This document shows, piece after piece, positions 56,894-64,000 of a DNA stretch of 64,000 nt (position 1 is the first letter of the stretch; every line of letters starts with the position of its first letter). The stretch comes from an uncultured virus (IMG/VR IMGVR_UViG_3300007900_000103) (lineage: Duplodnaviria; Heunggongvirae; Uroviricota; Caudoviricetes): IMG/VR virus record IMGVR_UViG_3300007900_000103, one strand, 5' to 3'. Position numbers and translations under genes: made by a program. The notes beneath the pieces were generated by a model. The model ran no database searches. It had not been told where the DNA came from and saw only the letters and a list, made by a program, of their open reading frames with translations.

Positions 56894-57566
56894 TATCGCA
56901 TATAACGCCAAGGTCACAATGCACGAAGCGAAGTGGACAGACGTGGACGGCAGCACCGTGACGTTCAAGCTACCCATGGGTGGCATGGAGGGACAGCGCA
57001 ACCCATTCGAGAAGTTCACTAAGCGCAGGAAGGGGCGAGCTGGGACGCGCTTCGCGATGATCTGCTACGAGATTCAGAATGATTGTCAGGGTCCGATGGT
57101 CTACAAGGACGAGGCGATGCTGACAGGCTGGAACGATAGCCAGTCCAACGGGCACACCGTGAAGTTCTGGCTATGTAATGACGGCATGGGTCATCCGTTC
57201 GATGGATACGAACGCAAGAAGGATCGCTTCGTTGTCGCTCTGGTCGAGCTGGACGACGATCAGGAGACGATCGACCAGAAGATGAGGGATAAGGTGGAGA
57301 GGGCGAAGAAGCGCCCCTCAGAGCGCCCCAGTTATGTTGCTGCCATGTTGTGCAAGAACGAAAGGTTCTGGGAGTGGCTGCGGTCAGTACATGATTATGC
57401 AGTAAACAACGAAGACGATGCGCGTATAGCGATGATGGCGATACTCAACCTTGTTGGTGAGTCTCGCAGTATCCTCGATAAGATCGAGCATCAGGAGCGC
57501 CGCTTTCATGCTCGTGTCAGGGTTCCGTTTGTGGAGTGGCAGGCTGAGCAAGGAGACCCATTTTGA
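56886..57566 (+). CDS. hypothetical phage protein
   Basis: GGGAG RBS + GTG; AAMLCKNERFWEWL...ESRSIL motif. Confidence 0.7.
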   Translation: MSNIAYNAKVTMHEAKWTDVDGSTVTFKLPMGGMEGQRNPFEKFTKRRKGRAGTRFAMICYEIQNDCQGPMVYKDEAMLTGWNDSQSNGHTVKFWLCNDGMGHPFDGYERKKDRFVVALVELDDDQETIDQKMRDKVERAKKRPSERPSYVAAMLCKNERFWEWLRSVHDYAVNNEDDARIAMMAILNLVGESRSILDKIEHQERRFHARVRVPFVEWQAEQGDPF

Positions 57567-58039
57567 CGTTCTTTATCGACCTAACACCAAACCAAATTCA
57601 CATGGCTGCATCGCACGCGATTCTCAGGCGCTACGAGAAGCACTGTGGTAGGCGAGGCGACAGACCAGAGATCGAAGACTCAGACTGGAACAACGAAATC
57701 GAGGGCGCGTGCTGCGAGCTGGCTGTAACCATCTGGCAGGGGATACCATGGACAGGTGTCGGGGGCTTGCGAGCAAAGGACGCTGGTGAGTTCGAGGTGA
57801 AGTGGACTCGGCACAATGGCAGGGGTGGACTGATTGTTCACAAGCACATGGATGATGACAGCAAGTACATCCTGTTCGATGGCAAAGCCCCACGGTACAC
57901 GTTTGTTGGGTGGGCCTATGGTAGGGATGCCAAGCAAGAGAAATACTTGCAGAAAGCAGGGTATTATCTGATGCCACGCGACCATCTTAGAAAGAACATA
58001 AATGTCAAAGACGCTTCGACAACAGATAGCGGTCAGTAA
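57563..58039 (+). CDS. hypothetical protein, possible PD-(D/E)xK-like
   Basis: AGGAG RBS; IEGACCELAV...D.GEFEVKWT. Confidence 0.65.
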   Translation: MTFFIDLTPNQIHMAASHAILRRYEKHCGRRGDRPEIEDSDWNNEIEGACCELAVTIWQGIPWTGVGGLRAKDAGEFEVKWTRHNGRGGLIVHKHMDDDSKYILFDGKAPRYTFVGWAYGRDAKQEKYLQKAGYYLMPRDHLRKNINVKDASTTDSGQ

Positions 58040-58430
58040 ACACGAGAAGAGCCTGAGAGGTCTTCGCTGCGTCGTCTCTCGATCGCCATTCGTAACCCTG
58101 CACCATTGTCATGGTGGCAGTATGAAGTTCGCGAACTGGCACGTAGGTATGGGTCAAAAGCAGAACCCGTTCCTTCAAATCCCACTCAATGACAAGTATC
58201 ATGTGGGGGAATTCGGCATTGACTCTGGCTACGGGGTCGAGAGCTGGGAGCGAGACTTTGGCACACAGATGGAACACCTCACATGGGTAAACGACCAACT
58301 TCCGTACAATCTCTTCGCAGAGGCAGTGTGGTGGGAAAAAGAAAATCGCCCAAATACTCCAACAGGAAAGTTGAGTTCGACGGACATAAGTTCGACTCCA
58401 AGCGAGAGTGTGAGCGATACAAAGAGCTGA
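58002..58430 (+). CDS. Ref/DUF968-like His-Cys nuclease
   Basis: CVVS...LHHCHG...IPLND.YH.G...WERDFG. Confidence 0.65.
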   Translation: MSKTLRQQIAVSKHEKSLRGLRCVVSRSPFVTLHHCHGGSMKFANWHVGMGQKQNPFLQIPLNDKYHVGEFGIDSGYGVESWERDFGTQMEHLTWVNDQLPYNLFAEAVWWEKENRPNTPTGKLSSTDISSTPSESVSDTKS

Positions 58431-58693
58431 AGGCGCTTGAGAAAAACGGCAAGATCACTGAGCTGGAGTTGCAGCCAAAATTCTGGCTGAGGTGTGGCAA
58501 CAAAGACATCCTGATCAAATCAGATCGCTACCCCAACGGACGGAGAGCCAGCTACAGGGCTGACTTCTCTTTCATTGATGACAGGGGTGATGAGCACGTC
58601 GAGGACGTTAAGGGCTTCGATACGAGCGGCTCACGGCTCAGGAGAGCTATTGTCGAGGCTGAGTATGGTATCAGGGTCGAGATTGTGAGATAG
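58331..58693 (+). CDS. DUF1064-family PD-(D/E)xK endonuclease
   Basis: KYSNRK...DGHKFDSKRE, LELQPKF, YRADF, VEDVKG; start uncertain. Confidence 0.85.
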   Translation: MGKRKSPKYSNRKVEFDGHKFDSKRECERYKELKALEKNGKITELELQPKFWLRCGNKDILIKSDRYPNGRRASYRADFSFIDDRGDEHVEDVKGFDTSGSRLRRAIVEAEYGIRVEIVR

Positions 58694-58757
58694 TTCATCT
58701 GATTGCTGACACGCAATTGATCGGAAACATTGTTATCAAGTAAACCTCCAATGACTC

Positions 58758-58787
58758 AGGGCAGGCTTAATCACCTGCCCTTTTTTT
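58758..58787 (+). terminator. Rho-independent terminator of helicase operon
   Basis: AGGGCAGG-8 nt-CCTGCCCT then T7. Confidence 0.85.
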
Positions 58788-58913
58788 GTGGCAAAAGAAA
58801 GCCGGGTTGTTACCCGGCAATGTGGTGTGATTGTCCCGCTCTTGTCAGTGGCTATCTCCCAGCTTCGGCTAACATAGGGAGAGTCTGAGCCTGTTATTCG
58901 GGCATGATGTTTG

Positions 58914-58949
58914 AAAAAAAGAGCCGCCCAAATCAATCAAGGCGGCTCT
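58914..58949 (-). terminator. Rho-independent terminator of leftward early operon
   Basis: A7 then GAGCCGCC-12 nt-GGCGGCTC on plus strand. Confidence 0.8.
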
Positions 58950-58995
58950 CTGTTACCCCGGACAGCGCACTCCGCTACCGGGTGGTGGTTTCAGT

Positions 58996-59553
58996 TTAGC
59001 CGACCACGCGCAGCTTCGTCTTTGGTGCAGGTTTGATCGCTTCCTTAGCGATGTCTACAAGAGCCTCAGAGCTGTGCATCCAGCGCCCATTATCGGTGAC
59101 CTCAGCGCCATGATCTTCCAGCGCTTTCTCAACCAGAGCGTAATCCTCTTTGTTGAGAGTGAAGTTGATCTGCCGCCGATTTTCAAGCAGCTGCTCAATC
59201 TTGTTGGCTATGGCACGTTTACCGACCTTCTGGGTTGCCCCGATTAGGTACTCAGCGACACGAGTGAAGCTGAACGTCTTGATCAGGTCAAGCGCCTCTG
59301 TCTTATTGTAGCCCAGACGCTTGAAGTTGCGGTACGTGTTGTAGTACTTGCTTGCGGTGCTTGTCGTGAACGACAGTTCCTCTGCGACGAGATGACCGAA
59401 CGACTCATAGCCGAGGACATCCCAGAGCTTACTGTGCTCTATTGCTGACAGAATCTGTCCCATCTCGAAGAACGCACCAGTGACCTGTTCGTCAAGGCTG
59501 ATGAGTCTGTCAAGAAGGTTTTCTGCATACACCTTTGGTGACATTTGTGACAT
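58996..59553 (-). CDS. hypothetical protein (helical, possible DNA-binding)
   Basis: GGAG RBS; FFEMGQIL...LGYESF...ELSFTTSTASKY. Confidence 0.7.
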   Translation of the reverse strand: MSQMSPKVYAENLLDRLISLDEQVTGAFFEMGQILSAIEHSKLWDVLGYESFGHLVAEELSFTTSTASKYYNTYRNFKRLGYNKTEALDLIKTFSFTRVAEYLIGATQKVGKRAIANKIEQLLENRRQINFTLNKEDYALVEKALEDHGAEVTDNGRWMHSSEALVDIAKEAIKPAPKTKLRVVG

Positions 59554-59632
59554 TGTTTTCTCCAGTAAAAGGGGCTGAGGTTGCAAAGCTAACAGAGCCT
59601 CATTTAAGCCAACTCTAGGCACCCCGGTTGAT

Positions 59633-60769
59633 TTAAGCAGCGACAGGTTGTGCCAGTGCTATGCGTTGCCACTGAGCGGTGTTGAGATCAATGATCTCTG
59701 AGCCAATCTGTTCCAGCTCACATGCTCGCTCGTAGTCAACCTCATCGCTGTTCGCGATCTTCGTGACTGCGTTGAGCAGACCCCACTTAGTGAAGTCACC
59801 ATCCTGAAGGAAGTTGGAGATGACGCTTTTCTTCTCGTCCTCTCGAATATCAACCTGCTTCGCGAGCTGATCAACACCTGCAAAGGCATCTTCAACTATG
59901 ATGGTGTCTTTCGTGTCCCGAAGAGCATCACCCATCTTGGTGACGTTCTCAGGGTTCGTCAGAGCGGTCAGTGCGTCGTTTACCTCAGCAATGATCAGCT
60001 CATTCTGCTTGCGCTTGGTCTCATCTGAGAAGACCTCGAAGTCACCGTTGGCAATAAGCTCGCCGCCGAGGTGAATGCGCTTCGTCTTGAAGATTCCAGT
60101 CTTGCCGAAGACACACCCGTTGAGGCAATAGTCCCGGTAGAAGAAACCCTCGGTTTCCATTGATCCCATGCCGGTCTCACTGTTCTTGATGACAGCACCG
60201 GGACGTACAATGTCCGGGCTTCCATCACGCAGCGTTCCAATCTCTTGCGCCAGACTGTCATCAGTGAACAGTACCTTCAGGTACATGCGGTTCTCTGAGA
60301 TGTTAGAGCTGAGCATCTGGTTGGGGATGTCGCCTTTGACGAGAGGCGGCAGTACCTGTTCCAGAACCTGATCGTTGTCGATCATCTTGTAGCGATTGGA
60401 AAGGAAGGCACGAGCGACCGCTTGACCATCTTGTTCGATGGTGCGCAGTAGCCGTGTTTGAGGCTCACGCTCGAACAGAGCATTCACCTGTTGCATCACC
60501 AGATCACGGTGATCGTTCAGAAGTCTGAAGTAGTACTTCAGGGGAATCTGAAGTCGCGCTGAGATTTGCCGGTGACAGTTGTCACTGATCGCAAAACGCT
60601 CCAGCTCTGATTCACCTTCTTTGCGCAGTACAATAGCAACCTGATTGGGCAGTTCTTCTGCATCTACCATGGCAATTGCTTCCTCGGTATTTGCAACGAA
60701 GTCCCGCTTCGTCTTTTGCTGCTCAACCACGGTGGTGAGAAGGCTTTCGAGTGACATTCCACGTTTCAT
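59633..60769 (-). CDS. DUF932-family protein
   Basis: AGGAG RBS; RAFLSNRYKMIDN, NSETGMGS, CLNG, H.G, TKWGLLNAVT. Confidence 0.85.
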   Translation of the reverse strand: MKRGMSLESLLTTVVEQQKTKRDFVANTEEAIAMVDAEELPNQVAIVLRKEGESELERFAISDNCHRQISARLQIPLKYYFRLLNDHRDLVMQQVNALFEREPQTRLLRTIEQDGQAVARAFLSNRYKMIDNDQVLEQVLPPLVKGDIPNQMLSSNISENRMYLKVLFTDDSLAQEIGTLRDGSPDIVRPGAVIKNSETGMGSMETEGFFYRDYCLNGCVFGKTGIFKTKRIHLGGELIANGDFEVFSDETKRKQNELIIAEVNDALTALTNPENVTKMGDALRDTKDTIIVEDAFAGVDQLAKQVDIREDEKKSVISNFLQDGDFTKWGLLNAVTKIANSDEVDYERACELEQIGSEIIDLNTAQWQRIALAQPVAA

Positions 60770-60816
60770 ATTTTGTTCTCCTAATAGTGTCACCGGACAG
60801 CCCGGTGAGTTCGTTA

Positions 60817-60879
60817 ATTATCGGTGTTGTTCCAACGGAAGTCAACACCTAATGGTAATTATTTATCATCAACTGCTAA
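60817..60879 (-). promoter_or_regulatory. leftward sigma70-type promoter, spacer palindrome, and tandem operator-like element copy 6 (60842-60879)
   Basis: TTGACT-17 nt-GATAAT; GTTCCAACGGAAG in spacer; TCAACAC-CTA-ATGGTAA ttat TTATCAT-CAA-CTGCTAA. Confidence 0.75.
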
Positions 60880-61145
60880 TCTCTTGGGGGCAGTTCCCCT
60901 TCTGGGTCGGGTGGGTTGCGATACAGTGGTGATGCTTTCGGATCGTTGATCGCATACTCCAGCAACTTCAGGTAAGAGTCCGACATCGCACGATGCGACG
61001 GACTACCGTCTGGCTGTAGCCATCGTGTGACGGTAGAGATTCCAACCTTCAGGTGCTTGGAAACCCAGCGCCTGCTCAGTCCATAACTGGTCATAGTCCT
61101 GTGCAAGCGCTGGCTGTTGTCCCGGCCCCTGCCGAGTTTATTCAT
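60876..61145 (-). CDS. HTH DNA-binding protein
   Basis: AGGAGG RBS; GLSRRWVSKHLKVGISTVTRWL. Confidence 0.75.
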   Translation of the reverse strand: MNKLGRGRDNSQRLHRTMTSYGLSRRWVSKHLKVGISTVTRWLQPDGSPSHRAMSDSYLKLLEYAINDPKASPLYRNPPDPEGELPPRD

Positions 61146-61310
61146 GTGTACCTCCTTTGAGCCACACCGTCCGACCGTCCTCCAGTTCAATGATGGTGTA
61201 GCTGTGTGTTATGCACCGGACTATTCCCGGCACCCCTTTGTGAATGACCTTCTCACCGCTATGAAACTCTGCCGGTGGGTTCTCATCCCAAGCGTCAGCG
61301 AAGCCGGACA

Positions 61311-61925
61311 TCAGACTATTGCCTGATCAATCGCTTCGCATACCGAGGATTTACCCTCTTCCTTGAAGCTCTCGAACTTGGCATCATTCTCTGCCGTCTG
61401 TTCGTTGTAGAACTCAGTCTCAAGCTGGTCCTGCTCAGCCTCGTGCTCACGCTCAGCGTCATTACGATCGTCCTCTTCCTCGAACTCTGAGTCATCGAAG
61501 TCCTCGCGTTCGTAGTCTTCATCGTCAGGCTCTTCAGGCTCATCGAGGCAGTCTATGTCAGAGATAGCGCTATCCAGTGCGTCGATCCGCTCTTGAAGAA
61601 GTTCGCCTGTCGGTGCGTACTGGAGCTGCTCTGGCATGTTATCCAGACTGTCCTGTGTCTCCGACTGAAGCTCTTCGAGCTGACCCTTGATGTCATCGAG
61701 CATTCCTTCCCAGTCGCTATGCTCTTCGAGCGTGTACCCCTCGACCTCTTCCTGTATCGAATACAGGGTGCCGAAGTATGCAGACTGTGTGAGCTGTGAC
61801 TGCTTGGGAGGTGTCAGTGAGTAGCGCTTGCCACCGTACCGAAACTTCCACCAGTAGTATGACTGTCCCTTCTTACAAACCGGATTATCTTTCCGGGCTT
61901 TCTTTACAAATGTGACTCTAGGCAT
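61311..61925 (-). CDS. hypothetical protein with basic N-terminus and very acidic C-terminal region
   Basis: GGAG RBS; KKARKD...YYWWKFRYG; E.QDSLDNMPEQLQ; long D/E tract. Confidence 0.75.
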   Translation of the reverse strand: MPRVTFVKKARKDNPVCKKGQSYYWWKFRYGGKRYSLTPPKQSQLTQSAYFGTLYSIQEEVEGYTLEEHSDWEGMLDDIKGQLEELQSETQDSLDNMPEQLQYAPTGELLQERIDALDSAISDIDCLDEPEEPDDEDYEREDFDDSEFEEEDDRNDAEREHEAEQDQLETEFYNEQTAENDAKFESFKEEGKSSVCEAIDQAIV

Positions 61926-62151
61926 TGTTATCTCCATCTTCTATAAATTGTGTGCCGCTTGTGTTGTACGAGACTAGAATCTTCGACTCAAGGTCGCGCA
62001 GCTCTATGTATCTCGTCCTCCATACACTCGTTTCACTCCATGCTGCCTCATCAGGAATCTGCTGAATCTCAGCCCTGACGAACTTCAGCATCAGCATCAG
62101 CTCGCTACGGCTTAGGGTGATTTTGAACTTATCTGTAAGTACCCTAGGCAT
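61918..62151 (-). CDS. hypothetical protein
   Basis: 77 aa, chained overlaps. Confidence 0.55.
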   Translation of the reverse strand: MPRVLTDKFKITLSRSELMLMLKFVRAEIQQIPDEAAWSETSVWRTRYIELRDLESKILVSYNTSGTQFIEDGDNNA

Positions 62152-62998
62152 CGTCTTCTTCCTTGATCTTCTCGACTCTGATTCCGTACTCTTTTTCTTC
62201 GAGTATCTCTCTCAGGGTTGAGACAAACTTTTGGTCAGCTTCGGTCGGTACACTACTGTTGCTGAACGTGTAACCGAAGAACCTATTCATCTGATCATTC
62301 AGCATGGAGCGAACCATAGCTGTGAGCAGTTCAGTCAGGTCGGTAATCTCACCAGCCTCTCTGGTCTTGTAGCGAGTTCCTGTTTCAAATTCCTCGACCA
62401 CAGTAACCAGCGTCTGATGGAACCCGCGACCGTAGTCTCGCGCCTTGACACCATAAGTAAAGTTGCCGTTACGGTTCTCACGCTCGATCGCATCAGTGAC
62501 CCGGTAGAAGTTTTCGTTCTCGATTGAAACTCCATCGAACTCTTTGAGCATGTAGTTCATCTCATGCTCACCATTCTCTGCCAGATCACGAAGCGGTTTC
62601 AGGAAGCGATCTTGGATAGCTTCGTCCTCTACCATCAAGGCGCTGTACTTAGCACGTATACGTGTTTCTTCTGCGCTTGCCTTGTTTTCTTTTTCGCGCT
62701 TCTCGGCAGCAACCTCTTGGTTGAACTTGCGTACTTCCTTCTGCATCTCAGGTGTAGCCAGAGATACGGACGGAGATGATCGTGAGTAACCTGCGCCAAC
62801 CTCTCTGCCGTTACTCTTCATGAAGCGTTTCGGCTTGCTGCTCAAGTTCTCAGCAGCAACGGTGAATTGTTTCTCGGTGACCCGAATTACTTCGAGCGGC
62901 ATCGAGTAGTGACCCCGAAAATTCTTGCCGAATCCGGCTGTAAAGAGGTAGACCTTTTGTCCGACCTCGATATTCTTTCTTTCAAGTCTGTTCATCAT
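62144..62998 (-). CDS. hypothetical protein
   Basis: 284 aa, AGGA RBS; IEVGQKVYL...EVIRVTEKQFTV beta-barrel-like start. Confidence 0.65.
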   Translation of the reverse strand: MMNRLERKNIEVGQKVYLFTAGFGKNFRGHYSMPLEVIRVTEKQFTVAAENLSSKPKRFMKSNGREVGAGYSRSSPSVSLATPEMQKEVRKFNQEVAAEKREKENKASAEETRIRAKYSALMVEDEAIQDRFLKPLRDLAENGEHEMNYMLKEFDGVSIENENFYRVTDAIERENRNGNFTYGVKARDYGRGFHQTLVTVVEEFETGTRYKTREAGEITDLTELLTAMVRSMLNDQMNRFFGYTFSNSSVPTEADQKFVSTLREILEEKEYGIRVEKIKEEDDA

Positions 62999-63002
62999 CG
63001 TC

Positions 63003-63326
63003 TTATCCTATTAGTGTGCGCTCACCCTCCGTGAGCGGTTCATACATTCTGGTGTAGGCTTCGATCTCGTAACTGACATTCATGTAGCCGACAGTCCAGA
63101 GTTCGTAGTAGTAGCGGATGTTCCACATCAGCCAGCCTTCACGTTTTGCTTGGTAGTAGTGAATCAGCTCATGCTTGATGAGCGCATCACGACTCCACTT
63201 CTTCTTCCCGGTAAAGGTCATGATTCCGAGGAAGGGTAGGGCATGAAATTTTGCCGGGTATCCTTCCATGAACCAGCGACCAAAGCGGGTTCGTTCCATG
63301 TTGTAAATCACTATCAGTTTCATCAT
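63003..63326 (-). CDS. small HExxH zincin-like protein
   Basis: LIKHELIHYYQ...YEIEAY; GGGAG RBS. Confidence 0.7.
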   Translation of the reverse strand: MMKLIVIYNMERTRFGRWFMEGYPAKFHALPFLGIMTFTGKKKWSRDALIKHELIHYYQAKREGWLMWNIRYYYELWTVGYMNVSYEIEAYTRMYEPLTEGERTLIG

Positions 63327-63425
63327 TCTCCCTGTTCAAGTTGAATGGGCCTTTCACCCAACCGGACGTTCTATATTTTTGTCTGCTGGTGCTAAACGTC
63401 TAAGGCGCACCTGTTCTGTTTCGTT

Positions 63426-63510
63426 TGGTGCCGGGAGCGGGGGTCGAACCCGCACGGCTTTCGCCAACAAATTTTAAGTCTGCTGTGTCTACCAATTCCA
63501 CCATCCCGGC
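63426..63510 (-). tRNA. tRNA-Leu(UAA)
   Basis: GCCGGGATGGTGGAATTGGTAGACAC-AGCAGA-CT-TAA-AA-TTTGT, long variable arm, GTTCGA, CCA end. Confidence 0.93.
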
Positions 63511-63522
63511 TGAAAATCTGCG

Positions 63523-63594
63523 CCCCTCGGCTACTGCTCTCGACTTACGTAGCTGGTTGTGAGTGATCGCGTGGAACCCAACAACCTTCGAGGG
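63523..63594 (-). ncRNA. candidate three-way-junction RNA between the tRNAs
   Basis: CCCUCG/CGAGGG, GGUUGU/ACAACC, GCUAC/GUAGC stems; UCCACGCGAU in loop. Confidence 0.4.
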
Positions 63595-63704
63595 ACGACT
63601 TTAGACAATCCATGGCTCGTCCTAACCAGTGATCCGTGCTGAATCCGCGTCCCGCTGTTATCACCCACGGTACTCGGCTTACAGTCCACACATCACATGA
63701 TGTT

Positions 63705-63789
63705 TGGTGCCGAAGAAGGGACTCGAACCCTTACGTCTTACGACACTGGATTTTGAATCCAGCGTGTCTACCAATTCCACCACTTCGGC
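63705..63789 (-). tRNA. tRNA-Leu(CAA)
   Basis: GCCGAAGTGGTGGAATTGGTAGACAC-GCTGGA-TT-CAA-AA-TCCAG, long variable arm, GTTCGA, CCA end. Confidence 0.95.
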
Positions 63790-63856
63790 GTAGTGTCGGT
63801 TTGGTTGCCTTAATTTCTTGTGGTAACCCATCGCGTGGATGCCACCGACGAAACGC

Positions 63857-63919
63857 ACTATAGTTCCATTGGAACGTCATGTCAACACTTTTTGTGAAAA
63901 AAATATCAATCAGTGATAA
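63857..63919 (-). promoter_or_regulatory. near-consensus leftward sigma70 promoter, spacer palindrome, and tandem operator-like element copy 7 (63882-63919)
   Basis: TTGACA-17 nt-TATAGT; GTTCCA-N-TGGAAC palindrome 63863-63875; TCAACAC-TTT-TTGTGAA aaaa ATATCAA-TCA-GTGATAA. Confidence 0.85.
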
Positions 63920-63954
63920 ATTCATATTCCAGCCCCCAATGGTAGAATCGCTAC

Positions 63955-64000
63955 ATGGCACATCGGAAACACCTCAGCCCCAGATTGCGGCTGTTCTGTG
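63955..64000 (+). CDS. start of a rightward gene, truncated by window edge
   Basis: ATG 7 nt after TGgTAGAAT extended -10; MAHRKHLSPQIAAVL... Confidence 0.4.
   Translation, partial: MAHRKHLSPRLRLFC

Larger units (their letters stand above)
1..64000. mobile_element. Tailed dsDNA bacteriophage genome segment (podovirus-like); window probably not the complete genome
   Basis: TerL, portal, scaffold, MCP, tail, lysis, recombination and helicase genes in phage-like operons; no block of host housekeeping genes; no TerS recognised. Confidence 0.97.

Noticed and set aside
63593..63690. c-di-GMP-I riboswitch or pistol ribozyme (GGGACGC and UGGUUAGG fragments)
   Set aside because: The GNRA tetraloop/receptor and other conserved core nucleotides could not be placed; only short coincidental matches
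63426..63789. tRNAs as prophage attachment site or host boundary
   Set aside because: No integrase, no duplicated tRNA 3' end, and the tRNAs lie behind a promoter carrying the phage-wide operator element

Overview
The window is most of a ~64 kb+ tailed dsDNA phage (podovirus-like head-tail module, Gram-negative host inferred from an Rz/Rz1 spanin pair). A long rightward operon (1-47.6 kb) carries small ORFs, a TrmL-like SPOUT protein, a 6.7 kb block of large acidic Gly/Thr proteins, terminase large subunit, portal, GroES, scaffold, major capsid, head-tail connectors, a tail-stabilisation protein with a ~480 aa lectin insert, a tail fibre, a GNAT, ejection proteins including a 4365 aa polyvalent protein, and a lysis cassette. 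It is followed by a leftward recombination operon (YqaJ exonuclease, RecT-like, SSB), a rightward XRE regulator, a structured non-coding region and an SF2 helicase operon, then a leftward early operon headed by two tRNA-Leu genes. No integrase, DNA polymerase, primase, reverse transcriptase or CRISPR array was recognised. Main observations: (1) the giant probably injected protein holds an intact GGDEF domain whose guanine-specifying Asp is Thr, the Hypr (3'3'-cGAMP-type) signature, and it has no I-site; (2) a minimal TrmL-like methyltransferase co-occurs with the two tRNAs TrmL is known to modify (Leu-UAA, Leu-CAA); (3) a 38-bp tandem operator-like element occurs seven times, mostly at promoters; (4) structured non-coding RNA candidates lie upstream of the helicase and among the tRNAs. 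All family calls are by eye from motifs; no database searches were run.
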